Below, one piece after another: positions 10,281 to 20,176 of a stretch of DNA of 59,725 nucleotides (its first letter is position 1; each line of letters starts with the position of its first letter). The stretch comes from Gammaproteobacteria bacterium (GTDB lineage: Bacteria; Pseudomonadota; Gammaproteobacteria; GCA-001735895). The position numbers and the translations under genes are program-made. The DNA lies in assembly GCA_050298595.1 (NCBI GenBank), contig JBNKUM010000041.1, positions 1-59,725 of the forward strand, in the 5' to 3' direction. Under the pieces are notes generated by a model, which searched no databases, had not been told where the DNA came from, and saw only the letters and a program-made list of their open reading frames with translations.

Positions 10281-10850
10281 ATGCATACGTCGATATTTTC
10301 TATTGATGAGAATGGCTGGATTGCTGGCATTTCGCATATCGCCTCTCCAAATTTTGATGTGCGCGCAGAAGGGGCAGAGATTCAGTTAGTGGTGGTGCAT
10401 GGGATCAGTTTGCCACCCAGTTGCTATGGGGGAGGGTATGTGCAGCAGTTGTTTACCAATTGTCTGAATCCTGATGAGCATGAGTATTTTGCTGAGATAG
10501 AAGGCCTGAAGGTGTCTGCGCATTGCCTGATTGAGCGTGATGGCAAGTTGACGCAGTTTGTTTCTTTCAATGATCGAGCCTGGCATGCGGGGGTATCGAA
10601 CTGGCAGGGCAGGGATAACTGTAACGATTTTTCTATCGGTATCGAACTGGAAGGGACCGACGCAGAGGCTTATACCGATATCCAGTACAGCCAGCTGGCG
10701 AAGCTGGTAATCAGCCTGAGGAAACAGTATCCTGAGCTCAGCGATGAGGCTATTTGTGGACATAGCGATATAGCGCCTGGTCGCAAGACGGATCCAGGGC
10801 CTTTTTTTAACTGGCAAAAACTACAACAACTTATCAAACAATCACTATGA
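10281..10850 (+). CDS. ampD: 1,6-anhydro-N-acetylmuramyl-L-alanine amidase
   Basis: HGISLPP, VSAHCLI, RAWHAGVS, FSIGIELEG, GHSDIAPGRKTDPG; start moved to ATG 10281. Confidence 0.93.
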   Translation: MHTSIFSIDENGWIAGISHIASPNFDVRAEGAEIQLVVVHGISLPPSCYGGGYVQQLFTNCLNPDEHEYFAEIEGLKVSAHCLIERDGKLTQFVSFNDRAWHAGVSNWQGRDNCNDFSIGIELEGTDAEAYTDIQYSQLAKLVISLRKQYPELSDEAICGHSDIAPGRKTDPGPFFNWQKLQQLIKQSL

Positions 10851-11710
10851 CTTTACTCAGTATTCTGATCGCGCTGTTAATCGAGCGCATTGCCCCTCAA
10901 CTGGTTGAATATCGCAAATTTCAATGGCTGCGCGACTATGGGCAATGGCTGGTTGAGGTTCTACATATCGATAAACTGGGTTCATGGATGTCTTTTGCCA
11001 TCCTGCTGGCGCCTTTGTTTATCGTGATGTGGATTTTAAATGGTATGTTTGAGCATGCGCTTTTTGGGCTGTTTGAACTGGCTTTTAATGTGATTGTGGT
11101 TTTTCTATGTCTTGGTCCGCGCGATCTTGATAAACAGATCGACCAATACCTGGATACAATAGATGTTGGGAATGAACAGCAACGTTTTACAAGCGCGAGT
11201 CGATTGACGACTGATACCCCGTCAATGGATTTGCCTGCACAGGTAGTTCAGGTGTGTAAATCTTTGTTTATAGAAGCGAATATAAGAGTGTATGCCGTTT
11301 TATTCTGGTTCGTGCTGCTAGGGCCAGTTGCTGCAGTTGTGTACCGTTTGCTTGATCAGTGGTATAGAAATGCTTATCTGCCTTCTTCACTGTCAGCGAT
11401 ACATGCAGACATCGGTATGCTTGCCGGCTGGCTTGACTGGATCCCGACGCGCCTGACCATGTTTGCCTATATGGTGAGTGGAAGTTTTGACGCTGGATTG
11501 CAGGCCTACCGTAACGTACAACATACGGCGATTAATGCCTATCAGCAGAATTGTGAGTTTCTGGAGTCAGTGGGATTCAACTCGTTATCGGTAAATGATG
11601 CCAGCAACCAATCTCTGGCAATGGATATGGTGAAAAAAACTCGTGGCTTGATTCTGCGCTCTCTGGTGGTGTGGCTGGTTTTGATTCTATTTATCAGCTT
11701 TCTACATTGA
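10847..11710 (+). CDS. ampE: AmpE/CobD-like inner-membrane protein
   Basis: Overlaps the ampD stop; multiple TM segments; FWFVLLGP and LDWIPTRL motifs. Confidence 0.8.
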   Translation: MTLLSILIALLIERIAPQLVEYRKFQWLRDYGQWLVEVLHIDKLGSWMSFAILLAPLFIVMWILNGMFEHALFGLFELAFNVIVVFLCLGPRDLDKQIDQYLDTIDVGNEQQRFTSASRLTTDTPSMDLPAQVVQVCKSLFIEANIRVYAVLFWFVLLGPVAAVVYRLLDQWYRNAYLPSSLSAIHADIGMLAGWLDWIPTRLTMFAYMVSGSFDAGLQAYRNVQHTAINAYQQNCEFLESVGFNSLSVNDASNQSLAMDMVKKTRGLILRSLVVWLVLILFISFLH

Positions 11711-11732
11711 GAGAGGTCGGCTACCTATTTAC

Positions 11733-12494
11733 TTATAAAGCATGAATTCGTTTTAGCTCAGGCACATCCAGATCAAATTGTTCCGCAATTTCTAGTGCTC
11801 GCTGTAATCTTTGCGGCGCACTGCGTCCCATGCACTCGTGTTCAGGGTCTCCATCGAATGCGTTGAGTACGGCACTCAATAACTGGTCACGATTAAAATT
11901 GACACCGCTAAGAGCCTGTTGAATCAGTAGCACATCATCAAATACCCTATTCATCAGAATAGAATTAAATTCCCATAGTTCTCTGACATTACCGCCACAT
12001 TCCAGGCCACAGATATTGGTTGTCAGTATATACAGGTTTTTGCGTATCAATTCGAACAACAAATCCGACTGGCTGTTAACCTGTTGTACTGGAATATCCA
12101 ACGAGGACAGGGCTTCGATTACTATGCCCGAGAGTGGTCCATACACAGGAGATGTGACGGCGACTTTATAGTCCTGCCCCGGTTTCTTTTCAAACCAGAC
12201 TGAGATGACGGTGGGGTCATTGAGTTTATGTGCCTGCCAGTTACTGGGTAATAATTCGTTTTGCAAAAGCACCAGGCAGTTACGCCAGGACTTGGGTAGA
12301 TGTTCCACGGTGTTATCAAAATCCTTTTCACCAACGGCCAACAGCACTAAAGCAGGTGCACTAATTTCTGCGGCTATTGTTTGCATAGTATCCTGACGCC
12401 TCACTGGAATAAGCGGGTATCCACACTTGAGAAATCCACGTGCAAATACACTCGCCAGCTCACCCATGCCGATGATGACTATTGATGGTTTCAT
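11733..12494 (-). CDS. Ketopantoate reductase-like Rossmann-fold protein
   Basis: IVIIGMGELA nucleotide-binding start; LVLLQNELLP; KNLYILTTNICG. Confidence 0.55.
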   Translation of the reverse strand: MKPSIVIIGMGELASVFARGFLKCGYPLIPVRRQDTMQTIAAEISAPALVLLAVGEKDFDNTVEHLPKSWRNCLVLLQNELLPSNWQAHKLNDPTVISVWFEKKPGQDYKVAVTSPVYGPLSGIVIEALSSLDIPVQQVNSQSDLLFELIRKNLYILTTNICGLECGGNVRELWEFNSILMNRVFDDVLLIQQALSGVNFNRDQLLSAVLNAFDGDPEHECMGRSAPQRLQRALEIAEQFDLDVPELKRIHAL

Positions 12495-12625
12495 GCTGTC
12501 TCCCTGGTGATTTTTACAAACCTGATTATGCCCTAACTGGATGACTTTCGTCAGCAGTCATTTATTTCTGCAAGATAACCGGCATTAATTTAAAATGAGC
12601 GCTTTGAATGTTTATGTGTGTGCCC

Positions 12626-13399
12626 ATGAGCCGTAACCCATTTTTAGATATTGCCCTGCAGGCTGCAAAAGCCGGGGAAGAAGTCATTCGTCATTATTAT
12701 GATGCGAATGTAAAAGTCACCATGAAAGAGGATTATACTCCGGTCACGGTGGCGGATGTTGAAACCGAAAACAAGATCAAGGAAGTCATCCTGGGGGCAT
12801 TTCCTGATCATGGGTTTTATGGTGAAGAAACCGGCAAAACCAACCCCGATGCGGAATACAACTGGCTTATTGACCCGATTGACGGTACTAAAAGCTTTGT
12901 GCGCCAGTACCCCTTCTTTTCAACTCAAATCGCATTGATGCATAAAGATGAAATTATTGTCGGCGTATCTAATGGTGTTCTTTTCAATGAGCTGGCCTGG
13001 GCGAGTAAAGGTGAAGGTGCTTTCTTAAACGATCAACCCATTCAGGTGAGTGAAGTAGATCAACTACGCGATGCGGCACTTTCTACGGGTAATATTGCTA
13101 CCCTGGCAAGTCAGCCAAAGCGCTGGAATGGCCTGGGAAAACTTGCTCAGCAGGTGAATCGAACTCGTGGTTATGGTGACTTCTATCACTACCATTTACT
13201 GGCTGGTGGCAAGATAGAAATCATTGTCGAATCTAATGTCAATATTCTTGATGTGGCGGCATTATCGGTAATAGTCAATGAAGCGGGAGGCAAATTCACA
13301 GATCTGGATGGTCAGGCGCTGACTCTGGATACAACTTCAGTACTGGCCACCAATGGTGAAAGTTTGTACCAGAGTGTTTATTCACTGATACATGATTGA
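12626..13399 (+). CDS. Inositol monophosphatase family protein, likely histidinol-phosphatase HisN
   Basis: PVTVAD, GFYGEE, WLIDPIDGTKSF, RGYGDFYHY, DVAALSVIVNEAGG. Confidence 0.85.
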   Translation: MSRNPFLDIALQAAKAGEEVIRHYYDANVKVTMKEDYTPVTVADVETENKIKEVILGAFPDHGFYGEETGKTNPDAEYNWLIDPIDGTKSFVRQYPFFSTQIALMHKDEIIVGVSNGVLFNELAWASKGEGAFLNDQPIQVSEVDQLRDAALSTGNIATLASQPKRWNGLGKLAQQVNRTRGYGDFYHYHLLAGGKIEIIVESNVNILDVAALSVIVNEAGGKFTDLDGQALTLDTTSVLATNGESLYQSVYSLIHD

Positions 13400-13434
13400 G
13401 TAACATACTATCGATTTATACGGAGCTTATAAGA

Positions 13435-13674
13435 ATGCTAAAAATGATCGATGCGGCCCCCCTGTCAATTTTTGTCACCTTAAGCCTTCTTCTAGGTTTG
13501 GCACCTTTTCTTCCTGAGCCTCACCTGCTGGAAAAAATTAAAATGCTACAAAACGGTGACTTACATAAGTCAATCGATATATTTGATCTGGTGTTACATG
13601 CCACGCCCTGGGGTTTATTGTTGATTAAGCTGGTACTGCTTTTCAAATCGCGCCAAACCATGTCTGAAGGTTAA
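13435..13674 (+). CDS. Small two-TM conserved membrane protein
   Basis: LGLAPFLPEPHLLEKIKML..G.L....DIFDLVLH pattern; ggag upstream of the ATG. Confidence 0.7.
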   Translation: MLKMIDAAPLSIFVTLSLLLGLAPFLPEPHLLEKIKMLQNGDLHKSIDIFDLVLHATPWGLLLIKLVLLFKSRQTMSEG

Positions 13675-13726
13675 GGGATTAGCCTGATTTAATCATATGC
13701 AAAGCCCGATAATATGTTCGGGTTTG

Positions 13727-14440
13727 TTACAGGGTTGAGAAATCTACCCAATGACCATGGACAAAACCTTCTGCCGGCTGGTATCTGGATTTGTACTTCA
13801 TTTTTTCGCAATCCTTAATCCAGTAGCCTAGATACAGGTAAGGCAGATCATTTTCTCGACACAGTTCAATCTGTCTTAGTATAGCGTAATGTCCCAGACT
13901 ACGTTTCTGCAAACCAGGCTCAAAGAAGGTGTAGACAGCTGAGTAACCCGTGCTGGTGACATCGGTTACTGCCACAGCGAGCAACTGTTTGCCAAGACGA
14001 AATTCGATGAATAGCGTATCAGCCCAGTTGCAAATAAGAAATCGATGATAATCAGCTCTTGTCGGATTTTCCATACTACCGCCAGGGTGACGGCTGTTAA
14101 TGTATCGGTGGTATAAGTCAAAATGCTCTTCTTGAAATTTCCCATTCACCGTATGTATGGTTATATCGGCATTTTTATTCAGATTACGTTTGTCGTTGCG
14201 GGATAAGTTGAATTGATGAACCTTGATTCTAACTGAAACACACTCGTTACAGTGCCCACAGTGCGGCCGGTATAGATAGCCACCAGAACGCCGAAAACCA
14301 AATTGAATCAGCTCGTTATAGGTTTTCAGGTCCATATCCATATAGGGATTAGCAAAGGCGCTAACAGATTCTCTATCACCCAGATAGCCGCACACTTCTG
14401 GACTGGATGCGTAAAAATGTAAGCTATGCTGATCGTTCAT
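13727..14440 (-). CDS. bpt: Arginyl-tRNA-protein transferase-like (Asp/Glu leucyltransferase, Bpt)
   Basis: CGYL, GFRRSG..LYRPHC..C..C, SAVYTFFEP, YLYLGYWI..CEKMKYK. Confidence 0.88.
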   Translation of the reverse strand: MNDQHSLHFYASSPEVCGYLGDRESVSAFANPYMDMDLKTYNELIQFGFRRSGGYLYRPHCGHCNECVSVRIKVHQFNLSRNDKRNLNKNADITIHTVNGKFQEEHFDLYHRYINSRHPGGSMENPTRADYHRFLICNWADTLFIEFRLGKQLLAVAVTDVTSTGYSAVYTFFEPGLQKRSLGHYAILRQIELCRENDLPYLYLGYWIKDCEKMKYKSRYQPAEGFVHGHWVDFSTL

Positions 14441-14628
14441 TGGGATAAGATTATCTTTGTATCAAGCTCTTGCAATTTGAATGGAGTGAATACTTAAACT
14501 TTTGTACTGCTCAATATCACTTGACCGAATCTGTAAGTTAACTACCTACAGTATGAGATTTTAGCCACTGCCTGAGAAATTGCTTAAAAAAAAATTATCA
14601 TCCGATAGCAGAAACTGTTAACTGGTTA

Positions 14629-15426
14629 TTAATTTATGAGCTGGATCACCTGACCTGTAGTGAGCATACCATTGCGATTATGTAATCCGTTTTGCCCGAA
14701 AAAAATCATATTTTCACTTCTTCTATAAGATGCCAGAGCCTTGAGAATTGTAGGGTGTTTTTCGCTACTGTGCTGGTCAATACTAGGTATGACACAGCGT
14801 GAACAGGGCTTGGCGAGCTGTATCACTATGTCATCTATAGCTATCTGGTGCCAGTCATCTTCTGCATGAGCAGCACAGCCATCGATCACTATATTCGGAC
14901 GAAAACGATCTATGCTGACTTTCTGCTCCAGTTTTTCGTTTAACAGGTCAATACTGGCCAGTGAAACTATTAATAGGGGAAAACCATCGGCAAAGCCTAC
15001 GATCTGACCCGGTTCTGCATAACGGGTATCTACCTGTCTCTTCTCAGATTCAGGGAGATATACCAGTTCACAGGATTGCCCCAGAACCTTGCTAAACCAT
15101 GCGCTGGCTTGCTTTGACACTACGCCAGCTTTACATTCGTCATTCCAGATTTTGACCGATTTAAAGCCTTTTGCCGTTTGTTCGAGTGCTACTTCAAGAG
15201 GCTCTTCATTGTCAGTTGTCACGATCAGGCTCTGATCAGAGATTTGGCAACTGATAGCTGCCATTTGCGGCAACTGTCGCTGACTCAGAAAATTTCCCAG
15301 TTCATCAACTAGCATCCAGTGACGGTCATATTTGATGCCTGTTTCTACCAGTTCGGCAGTTTGCAGGTCGATACCCCGGCAGGATTTGATTGGGTAGACA
15401 TGTAAGGAATGTATCGTCAGGTTCAT
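14629..15426 (-). CDS. MOSC domain protein (YcbX-like)
   Basis: YPIKSCRG, DRHWML, GFADGFPLL, RFRPNIVI, KPCSRCVIP. Confidence 0.9.
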   Translation of the reverse strand: MNLTIHSLHVYPIKSCRGIDLQTAELVETGIKYDRHWMLVDELGNFLSQRQLPQMAAISCQISDQSLIVTTDNEEPLEVALEQTAKGFKSVKIWNDECKAGVVSKQASAWFSKVLGQSCELVYLPESEKRQVDTRYAEPGQIVGFADGFPLLIVSLASIDLLNEKLEQKVSIDRFRPNIVIDGCAAHAEDDWHQIAIDDIVIQLAKPCSRCVIPSIDQHSSEKHPTILKALASYRRSENMIFFGQNGLHNRNGMLTTGQVIQLIN

Positions 15427-15428
15427 GT

Positions 15429-16214
15429 TTATATTCCAAAGAATTTTTGAGTTGTAGTTAATACTTCCTGAGCCAGTAGTTCAGCATCTTTTTGTTGATG
15501 TGTGGCAACCGTATGCAGGACATGAGGCAGATATTTTGGCAGATTGGTTTTATCTGCCGGGGGTGGCTCAAGGTCACGTGGCAACAGGTAAGGTGCATCG
15601 GTTTCCAGCATCAGACGGTTATTGGGTATATGACTCACCAGCGCCTGTAGCTCCCGACCGCGTCGTTCGTCGCATATCCATCCGGTTATGCCGATATGAC
15701 AATCCAGATCTAACAAGGTGTAAAGCGCTTGCTGGTTATCGGTAAAACAATGAACCACCACGTTTTGTAGTCGACTACGGTATTCTTTTAGCAATTCGCT
15801 GAAGGCATCCATCGCATCGCGTTGATGCAGAAATATGGGTTTATTGTATTCACAGGCAAATTCCAGTTGCTGTTGAAAGACTTCAATCTGTTTATCTGGA
15901 GGTGAAAAATTGCGATTAAAATCCAGTCCGGTTTCACCAACTGCCCGAACACAATCATGGCTTATTAATGCTTTTAGTTCAGCAGCAGAGTCAGCATTCC
16001 ATTCTTTTGCATCATGTGGGTGAACACCTGCTGTACAGTAGAGCTGCTCTGGGTAGCTCTGGCAGAGTGCTACTGCCTGTTTGCTGTGTTCGATGGAAGT
16101 CCCCGTGACTATCTGCTGGATAACACCGGCCTGTTGTGCCTGCTGTAATATCTCATCTAGCTTCACCCTGAGCCGTTTGTTGGTCAGGTTAACCCCAATA
16201 TCGATCAGCTGCAT
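15429..16214 (-). CDS. tatD: TatD family deoxyribonuclease
   Basis: IDIGVNLT, TAGVHPHDA, AVGETGLDFNR, VVHCFT, LETDAPYL; start overlaps the upstream stop (TGATG). Confidence 0.9.
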   Translation of the reverse strand: MQLIDIGVNLTNKRLRVKLDEILQQAQQAGVIQQIVTGTSIEHSKQAVALCQSYPEQLYCTAGVHPHDAKEWNADSAAELKALISHDCVRAVGETGLDFNRNFSPPDKQIEVFQQQLEFACEYNKPIFLHQRDAMDAFSELLKEYRSRLQNVVVHCFTDNQQALYTLLDLDCHIGITGWICDERRGRELQALVSHIPNNRLMLETDAPYLLPRDLEPPPADKTNLPKYLPHVLHTVATHQQKDAELLAQEVLTTTQKFFGI

Positions 16215-16990
16215 CAGTGCCTGATTCCGGTACCACGATTGAGTAATCCCATGCAAACTTGGAACAGGATGATAATAAAAACAATAATGACGCTAAACGC
16301 CAGCGTTATATTGATATCGGAAATACCCAGGAAGCCAAAGCGGAAACCATTAATCATATACAGGATCGGGTTGCCTAAGGATACGTTTTGCCAGATTTCC
16401 GGCAGTAACTGGATCGAGTAAAAGATCCCACCCAGGTAGGTGAGTGGGGTCAGTATAAAAGTGGGAATAATCGAAATGTCATCGAAACTTTTCGCGTATA
16501 CCCCATTGATTAATCCGGCCAGCGAAAACAAAAGTGCAGTAAGCACTGCAATGCTGATGGTGATGAGTGGATGCTCAATGTTGAAGCGGGTAAACATAAG
16601 TGAAACCACCGTAACAGCGGAGCCTACAGTCAGGCCTCGAGCTATTCCACCGGTCAGGAATCCAAGCAGAATAATAATATTGGGGATAGGTGATACCAGC
16701 ATCTCTTCAATATGTTTGGAAAACTTGGCGCCATAAAATGATGATACAACATTGGCATACGAGTTGGTGATGATAGACATCATGATTAAACCCGGCATGA
16801 TGAAATCGATATATCGCATACCATCCATCTCTCCGATACGGTTTCCAATCAGGTTGCCGAAGATAATGAAATAAAGCGTCACGGTAATAACCGGTGGGAT
16901 AATGGTTTGTACCCAGATACGTGAAAAACGCAGGACTTCCTTGCGTGCAATAGTGAGATAGGCAATCCAGTACTTTTGTGCTCGGCTCAT
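16214..16990 (-). CDS. yadH: ABC-2 type transporter permease, YadH-like
   Basis: RIWVQTIIPPVIT, PGLIMMSIITNSYANVVSSF. Confidence 0.88.
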   Translation of the reverse strand: MSRAQKYWIAYLTIARKEVLRFSRIWVQTIIPPVITVTLYFIIFGNLIGNRIGEMDGMRYIDFIMPGLIMMSIITNSYANVVSSFYGAKFSKHIEEMLVSPIPNIIILLGFLTGGIARGLTVGSAVTVVSLMFTRFNIEHPLITISIAVLTALLFSLAGLINGVYAKSFDDISIIPTFILTPLTYLGGIFYSIQLLPEIWQNVSLGNPILYMINGFRFGFLGISDINITLAFSVIIVFIIILFQVCMGLLNRGTGIRH

Positions 16991-17913
16991 GCTGCTTTCT
17001 CCGAATTTCCCGTTAGTGAAAGGAATAGCTCCTCCAGACGGTTTACCTTATTACGCATACTGTCAATCTGGATGTCAGCACTGTTTAATTGCAGCATTAA
17101 ATCATTCAGGGTCTCGGAGTTTGCGACCTCGGCCTCCAGCGTATGATCGTCAATCAAAGTGAGTCGGTAATGACCCTTAATCTCGGGCAGATGATGAATG
17201 CTCTCCCTGGTATAAAGTACAAAGGTTTCGGTGTTCAGGGTTTTTAGCAGGGCTTTCATGCTGGTGTTTTTAATGATGTTGCCTTCATCTATAATGGCGA
17301 TATTGCGGCACATCTGTTCGGCTTCTTCGAGATAATGAGTGGTCAGGATAATAGTGGTACCCTGTTCATTAATTTTACGCATGAAGTCCCACATAGAGCG
17401 CCGTAGTTCAATATCGACACCCGCTGTAGGTTCATCCAGGATCAGTAGCTCGGGTTGATGGATAAGTGCTCGGGCAATCATCAGGCGTCTTTTCATGCCA
17501 CCCGAGAGATCACGGGCCTGTAGGGTACGTTTATCCCACAAACCCAGTTGCTTTAGATAGTATTCAGTCCTTTTTTTCACTTCAGCAGACGGAACCCCAT
17601 AGTAACCACCCTGATTACCGATAATTTCCTGAACCGGCTCAAAGATATTGAAATTGAACTCCTGCGGCATCATGCCGATGCAGGATTTAGCTTCTATCAG
17701 CTCGCTATCCAGGTCATGACCAAAGATCTTAATCTGGCCAGAGGTTTTATTGACTAGTGATGAAATAATGCCGATACAGGTGGATTTTCCCGCCCCGTTG
17801 GGACCTAACAGTGCAAAGAAATCACCACGCTCAACCTTCAGGTCAATCCCTTTCAGAGCTTCAAAGCCATTACGGTAGGTTTTGCGAAGTTGTGATATTT
17901 CGAGGGCGTACAT
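16987..17913 (-). CDS. yadG: ABC transporter ATP-binding protein, YadG-like
   Basis: GPNGAGKST, LSGGMKRR, LDEPTAGVD, NRLEELF. Confidence 0.88.
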   Translation of the reverse strand: MYALEISQLRKTYRNGFEALKGIDLKVERGDFFALLGPNGAGKSTCIGIISSLVNKTSGQIKIFGHDLDSELIEAKSCIGMMPQEFNFNIFEPVQEIIGNQGGYYGVPSAEVKKRTEYYLKQLGLWDKRTLQARDLSGGMKRRLMIARALIHQPELLILDEPTAGVDIELRRSMWDFMRKINEQGTTIILTTHYLEEAEQMCRNIAIIDEGNIIKNTSMKALLKTLNTETFVLYTRESIHHLPEIKGHYRLTLIDDHTLEAEVANSETLNDLMLQLNSADIQIDSMRNKVNRLEELFLSLTGNSEKAA

Positions 17914-18058
17914 TTTGATAATCAAAAAGAAAGAATTATACGCGACAACTTCTATCTGAGTCGATCTATCTGATACCAGTCAGGTGAATCGTTGCATAAA
18001 ACACCCCGGGATGTGCTATAAATTGACCTATCATAATTCTTTCCTTCAGAACTAACTT

Positions 18059-18856
18059 ATGCAGTATTATCTAAACTCTCTATTCATTCTTCTGGTAGAA
18101 CCCTCGTCGGCCCAGAAAAAAATCATTACCCAACAATTTGATGAATTGGGTATCGAGCAATATTTGACTGCTGATACAGGTGCCGAAGCGCTTGGGATTA
18201 TTGAAGATGAACTACCTGATATGGTTATCAGTTCTATGTTTCTGGAAGACATGACCGGCAAGGATCTGGTACTTGAGTTACGAGAAAACCCGTTAACGGT
18301 GGATACGCCATTTGTTCTGATATCAACGGTCACTTCATTTGCCGAGTTGAACCCGATAAAGCAGGCGGGGGCATCAGCTGTCCTACCCAAGCCATTTACT
18401 ACGAAAGATCTTAAACGGGCCATAGTGTCAACTATGGAATGGGAGCACCCTGAACAAATTCAACTTGAAGATAGAAATCCCGAAAATTTAAAAGTTCTAC
18501 TGGTTGATGATAGTCATCTGGCGCGCCGTATGATTACCCGGACGCTGGATAAAATGGGCCTGAAGAATATTACGGAAGCTGAAAATGGCCGTGAAGCCAT
18601 TCCTCTGATCGAACAGAATCCCTACGATTTAATCATTACCGATTACAATATGCCGGAAATGGATGGGCATGAACTGTTACTCTATATCCGTACCAAAAGT
18701 CCGCAGAAAGAGGTTCCGGTGTTAATGGTAACAACTGAAGGTCATGAAAGTACTTTAGCTGCGATTCAGCATGATGGGGTTTCGGCGATAGTGGATAAGC
18801 CTTTTGAAGTGAGCTCAGTTAAACGATTGATCGAGTCAGCACTCAGTCTGCTATAA
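18059..18856 (+). CDS. Tandem receiver-domain response regulator (REC-REC)
   Basis: First REC degenerate (VEP..., ISSMFLEDMTG); second canonical (VDD, ITDYNMPEMDG, KPF). Confidence 0.85.
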   Translation: MQYYLNSLFILLVEPSSAQKKIITQQFDELGIEQYLTADTGAEALGIIEDELPDMVISSMFLEDMTGKDLVLELRENPLTVDTPFVLISTVTSFAELNPIKQAGASAVLPKPFTTKDLKRAIVSTMEWEHPEQIQLEDRNPENLKVLLVDDSHLARRMITRTLDKMGLKNITEAENGREAIPLIEQNPYDLIITDYNMPEMDGHELLLYIRTKSPQKEVPVLMVTTEGHESTLAAIQHDGVSAIVDKPFEVSSVKRLIESALSLL

Positions 18857-18860
18857 GAAA

Positions 18861-19355
18861 TTAATAGCGCCTGTTCGGGGTATAATCAGCGCTCCAAGGG
18901 TTATTGCTCAACCAGTGACGTTGATAATCATCGTAGCCATTGCTTGAATAGGGGGTGGGCCCAGGCGTTGAGTAGGTCATGTAATTTTGCTGATTTAGAT
19001 GATTGATCCTGGCAATTTCCTGATCAGTAGCGGTTTGTGATTGGCCATCACTCATAATATTCACCTTGCTATCATCCTGTTTAACCTGATCGATTAAGTT
19101 TAAAACGCCAGTATCGTTTAGATCTTCATTTTTGCTACCTGTTTCATCCAGGCTAATTTTGGCAGTAGTCTGAGATATCTGTTTTATCAGTGAATTCTGT
19201 TTAGCGTTGACCCTATTTTCACTATCTATCACCACATATTCCCGGTCAAATTGTGTGAAAATAACCAGAAGAATGCCAAGTAAGATGATGACTACAGACA
19301 AGGTTAGAAACAGATGGAATATGGGGCGACTGATCATTTTAGTCTTGATATTCAA
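18861..19355 (-). CDS. Hypothetical single-TM protein
   Basis: N-terminal hydrophobic helix and polar tail; no family recognised. Confidence 0.55.
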   Translation of the reverse strand: MNIKTKMISRPIFHLFLTLSVVIILLGILLVIFTQFDREYVVIDSENRVNAKQNSLIKQISQTTAKISLDETGSKNEDLNDTGVLNLIDQVKQDDSKVNIMSDGQSQTATDQEIARINHLNQQNYMTYSTPGPTPYSSNGYDDYQRHWLSNNPWSADYTPNRRY

Positions 19356-19418
19356 AGATAAATAAACTTAAGTTGTTCAGTTTATTTGAAACTACTGATA
19401 TAGGCAAGGAGCTAATTA

Positions 19419-20060
19419 ATGCACCGAATTATAGAATTATTTGTCATGCAGGGCTGCCATGCCTGCCCTGAAATGGAAAGAACTTTTCACGATTTAAAAC
19501 ACAAAGGTGAAATATCTGAACTCAAGGTTTTTGATGTCAATGAGTACCCTCAACTTGCGCAGCAATATAATATCCGATCTGTACCTTACTACATGATCAA
19601 TGGTGTCGCGTTTACTGGCCTGAAATCACAATCAGAAATCCTTAAGCTCTTACAGTCAGGGGAAATTCAAAATATACGGTTCTGGATTGCTGAGAAATTA
19701 GCTGAGGGACAACTGGCGGAAGTAGAAACCAGGGTGGTACAACAGCCAGAGACGAGAGAAGCAGTTATGCAATTGTTAGAGGATATTGATACTCCTTTAA
19801 TGCTGCGTATTGGCCTGTCAGCTGTAATCGAGAGCCTGGCTGAACATGGCGTGTTAAGCGATTTTGAAGCACGCTTTGTTGAGCTGGCTAATCATCCGCA
19901 AGACCGGATAGCGATTGATGCCATTTATTATTTACAGCTTTTATCAACACCTTTGACGCTCACGAAGTTGGCTGAAATCGTTCAAAGTGGGCGACCAGAG
20001 CTACAGCAACAGGCTCAGGAATTGCTTTTTGAATCCAGTGAGCACGCAGTAAAGCACTAG
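19419..20060 (+). CDS. Thioredoxin/glutaredoxin-like protein with helical C-terminal domain
   Basis: GCHACP CxxC and IRSVP cis-Pro motif; RBS aaggag. Confidence 0.75.
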   Translation: MHRIIELFVMQGCHACPEMERTFHDLKHKGEISELKVFDVNEYPQLAQQYNIRSVPYYMINGVAFTGLKSQSEILKLLQSGEIQNIRFWIAEKLAEGQLAEVETRVVQQPETREAVMQLLEDIDTPLMLRIGLSAVIESLAEHGVLSDFEARFVELANHPQDRIAIDAIYYLQLLSTPLTLTKLAEIVQSGRPELQQQAQELLFESSEHAVKH

Positions 20061-20176
20061 TACCACAGCATGCATTGGTTAAATCCAGGGTTGTCATGTG
20101 CTACTCTGTTGCCATAATGAAAAACTGATTCCGTTATACTTGTCTACCAATTAAATTATTAGACTGATAGTGTTAT

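Noticed and set aside
10005-10337. Long overlapping N-terminal extensions of rep and ampD (likewise spp, tatD, accB, DUF3426 and csp)
   Set aside because: Longest-ORF artefacts; family similarity starts at downstream ATGs
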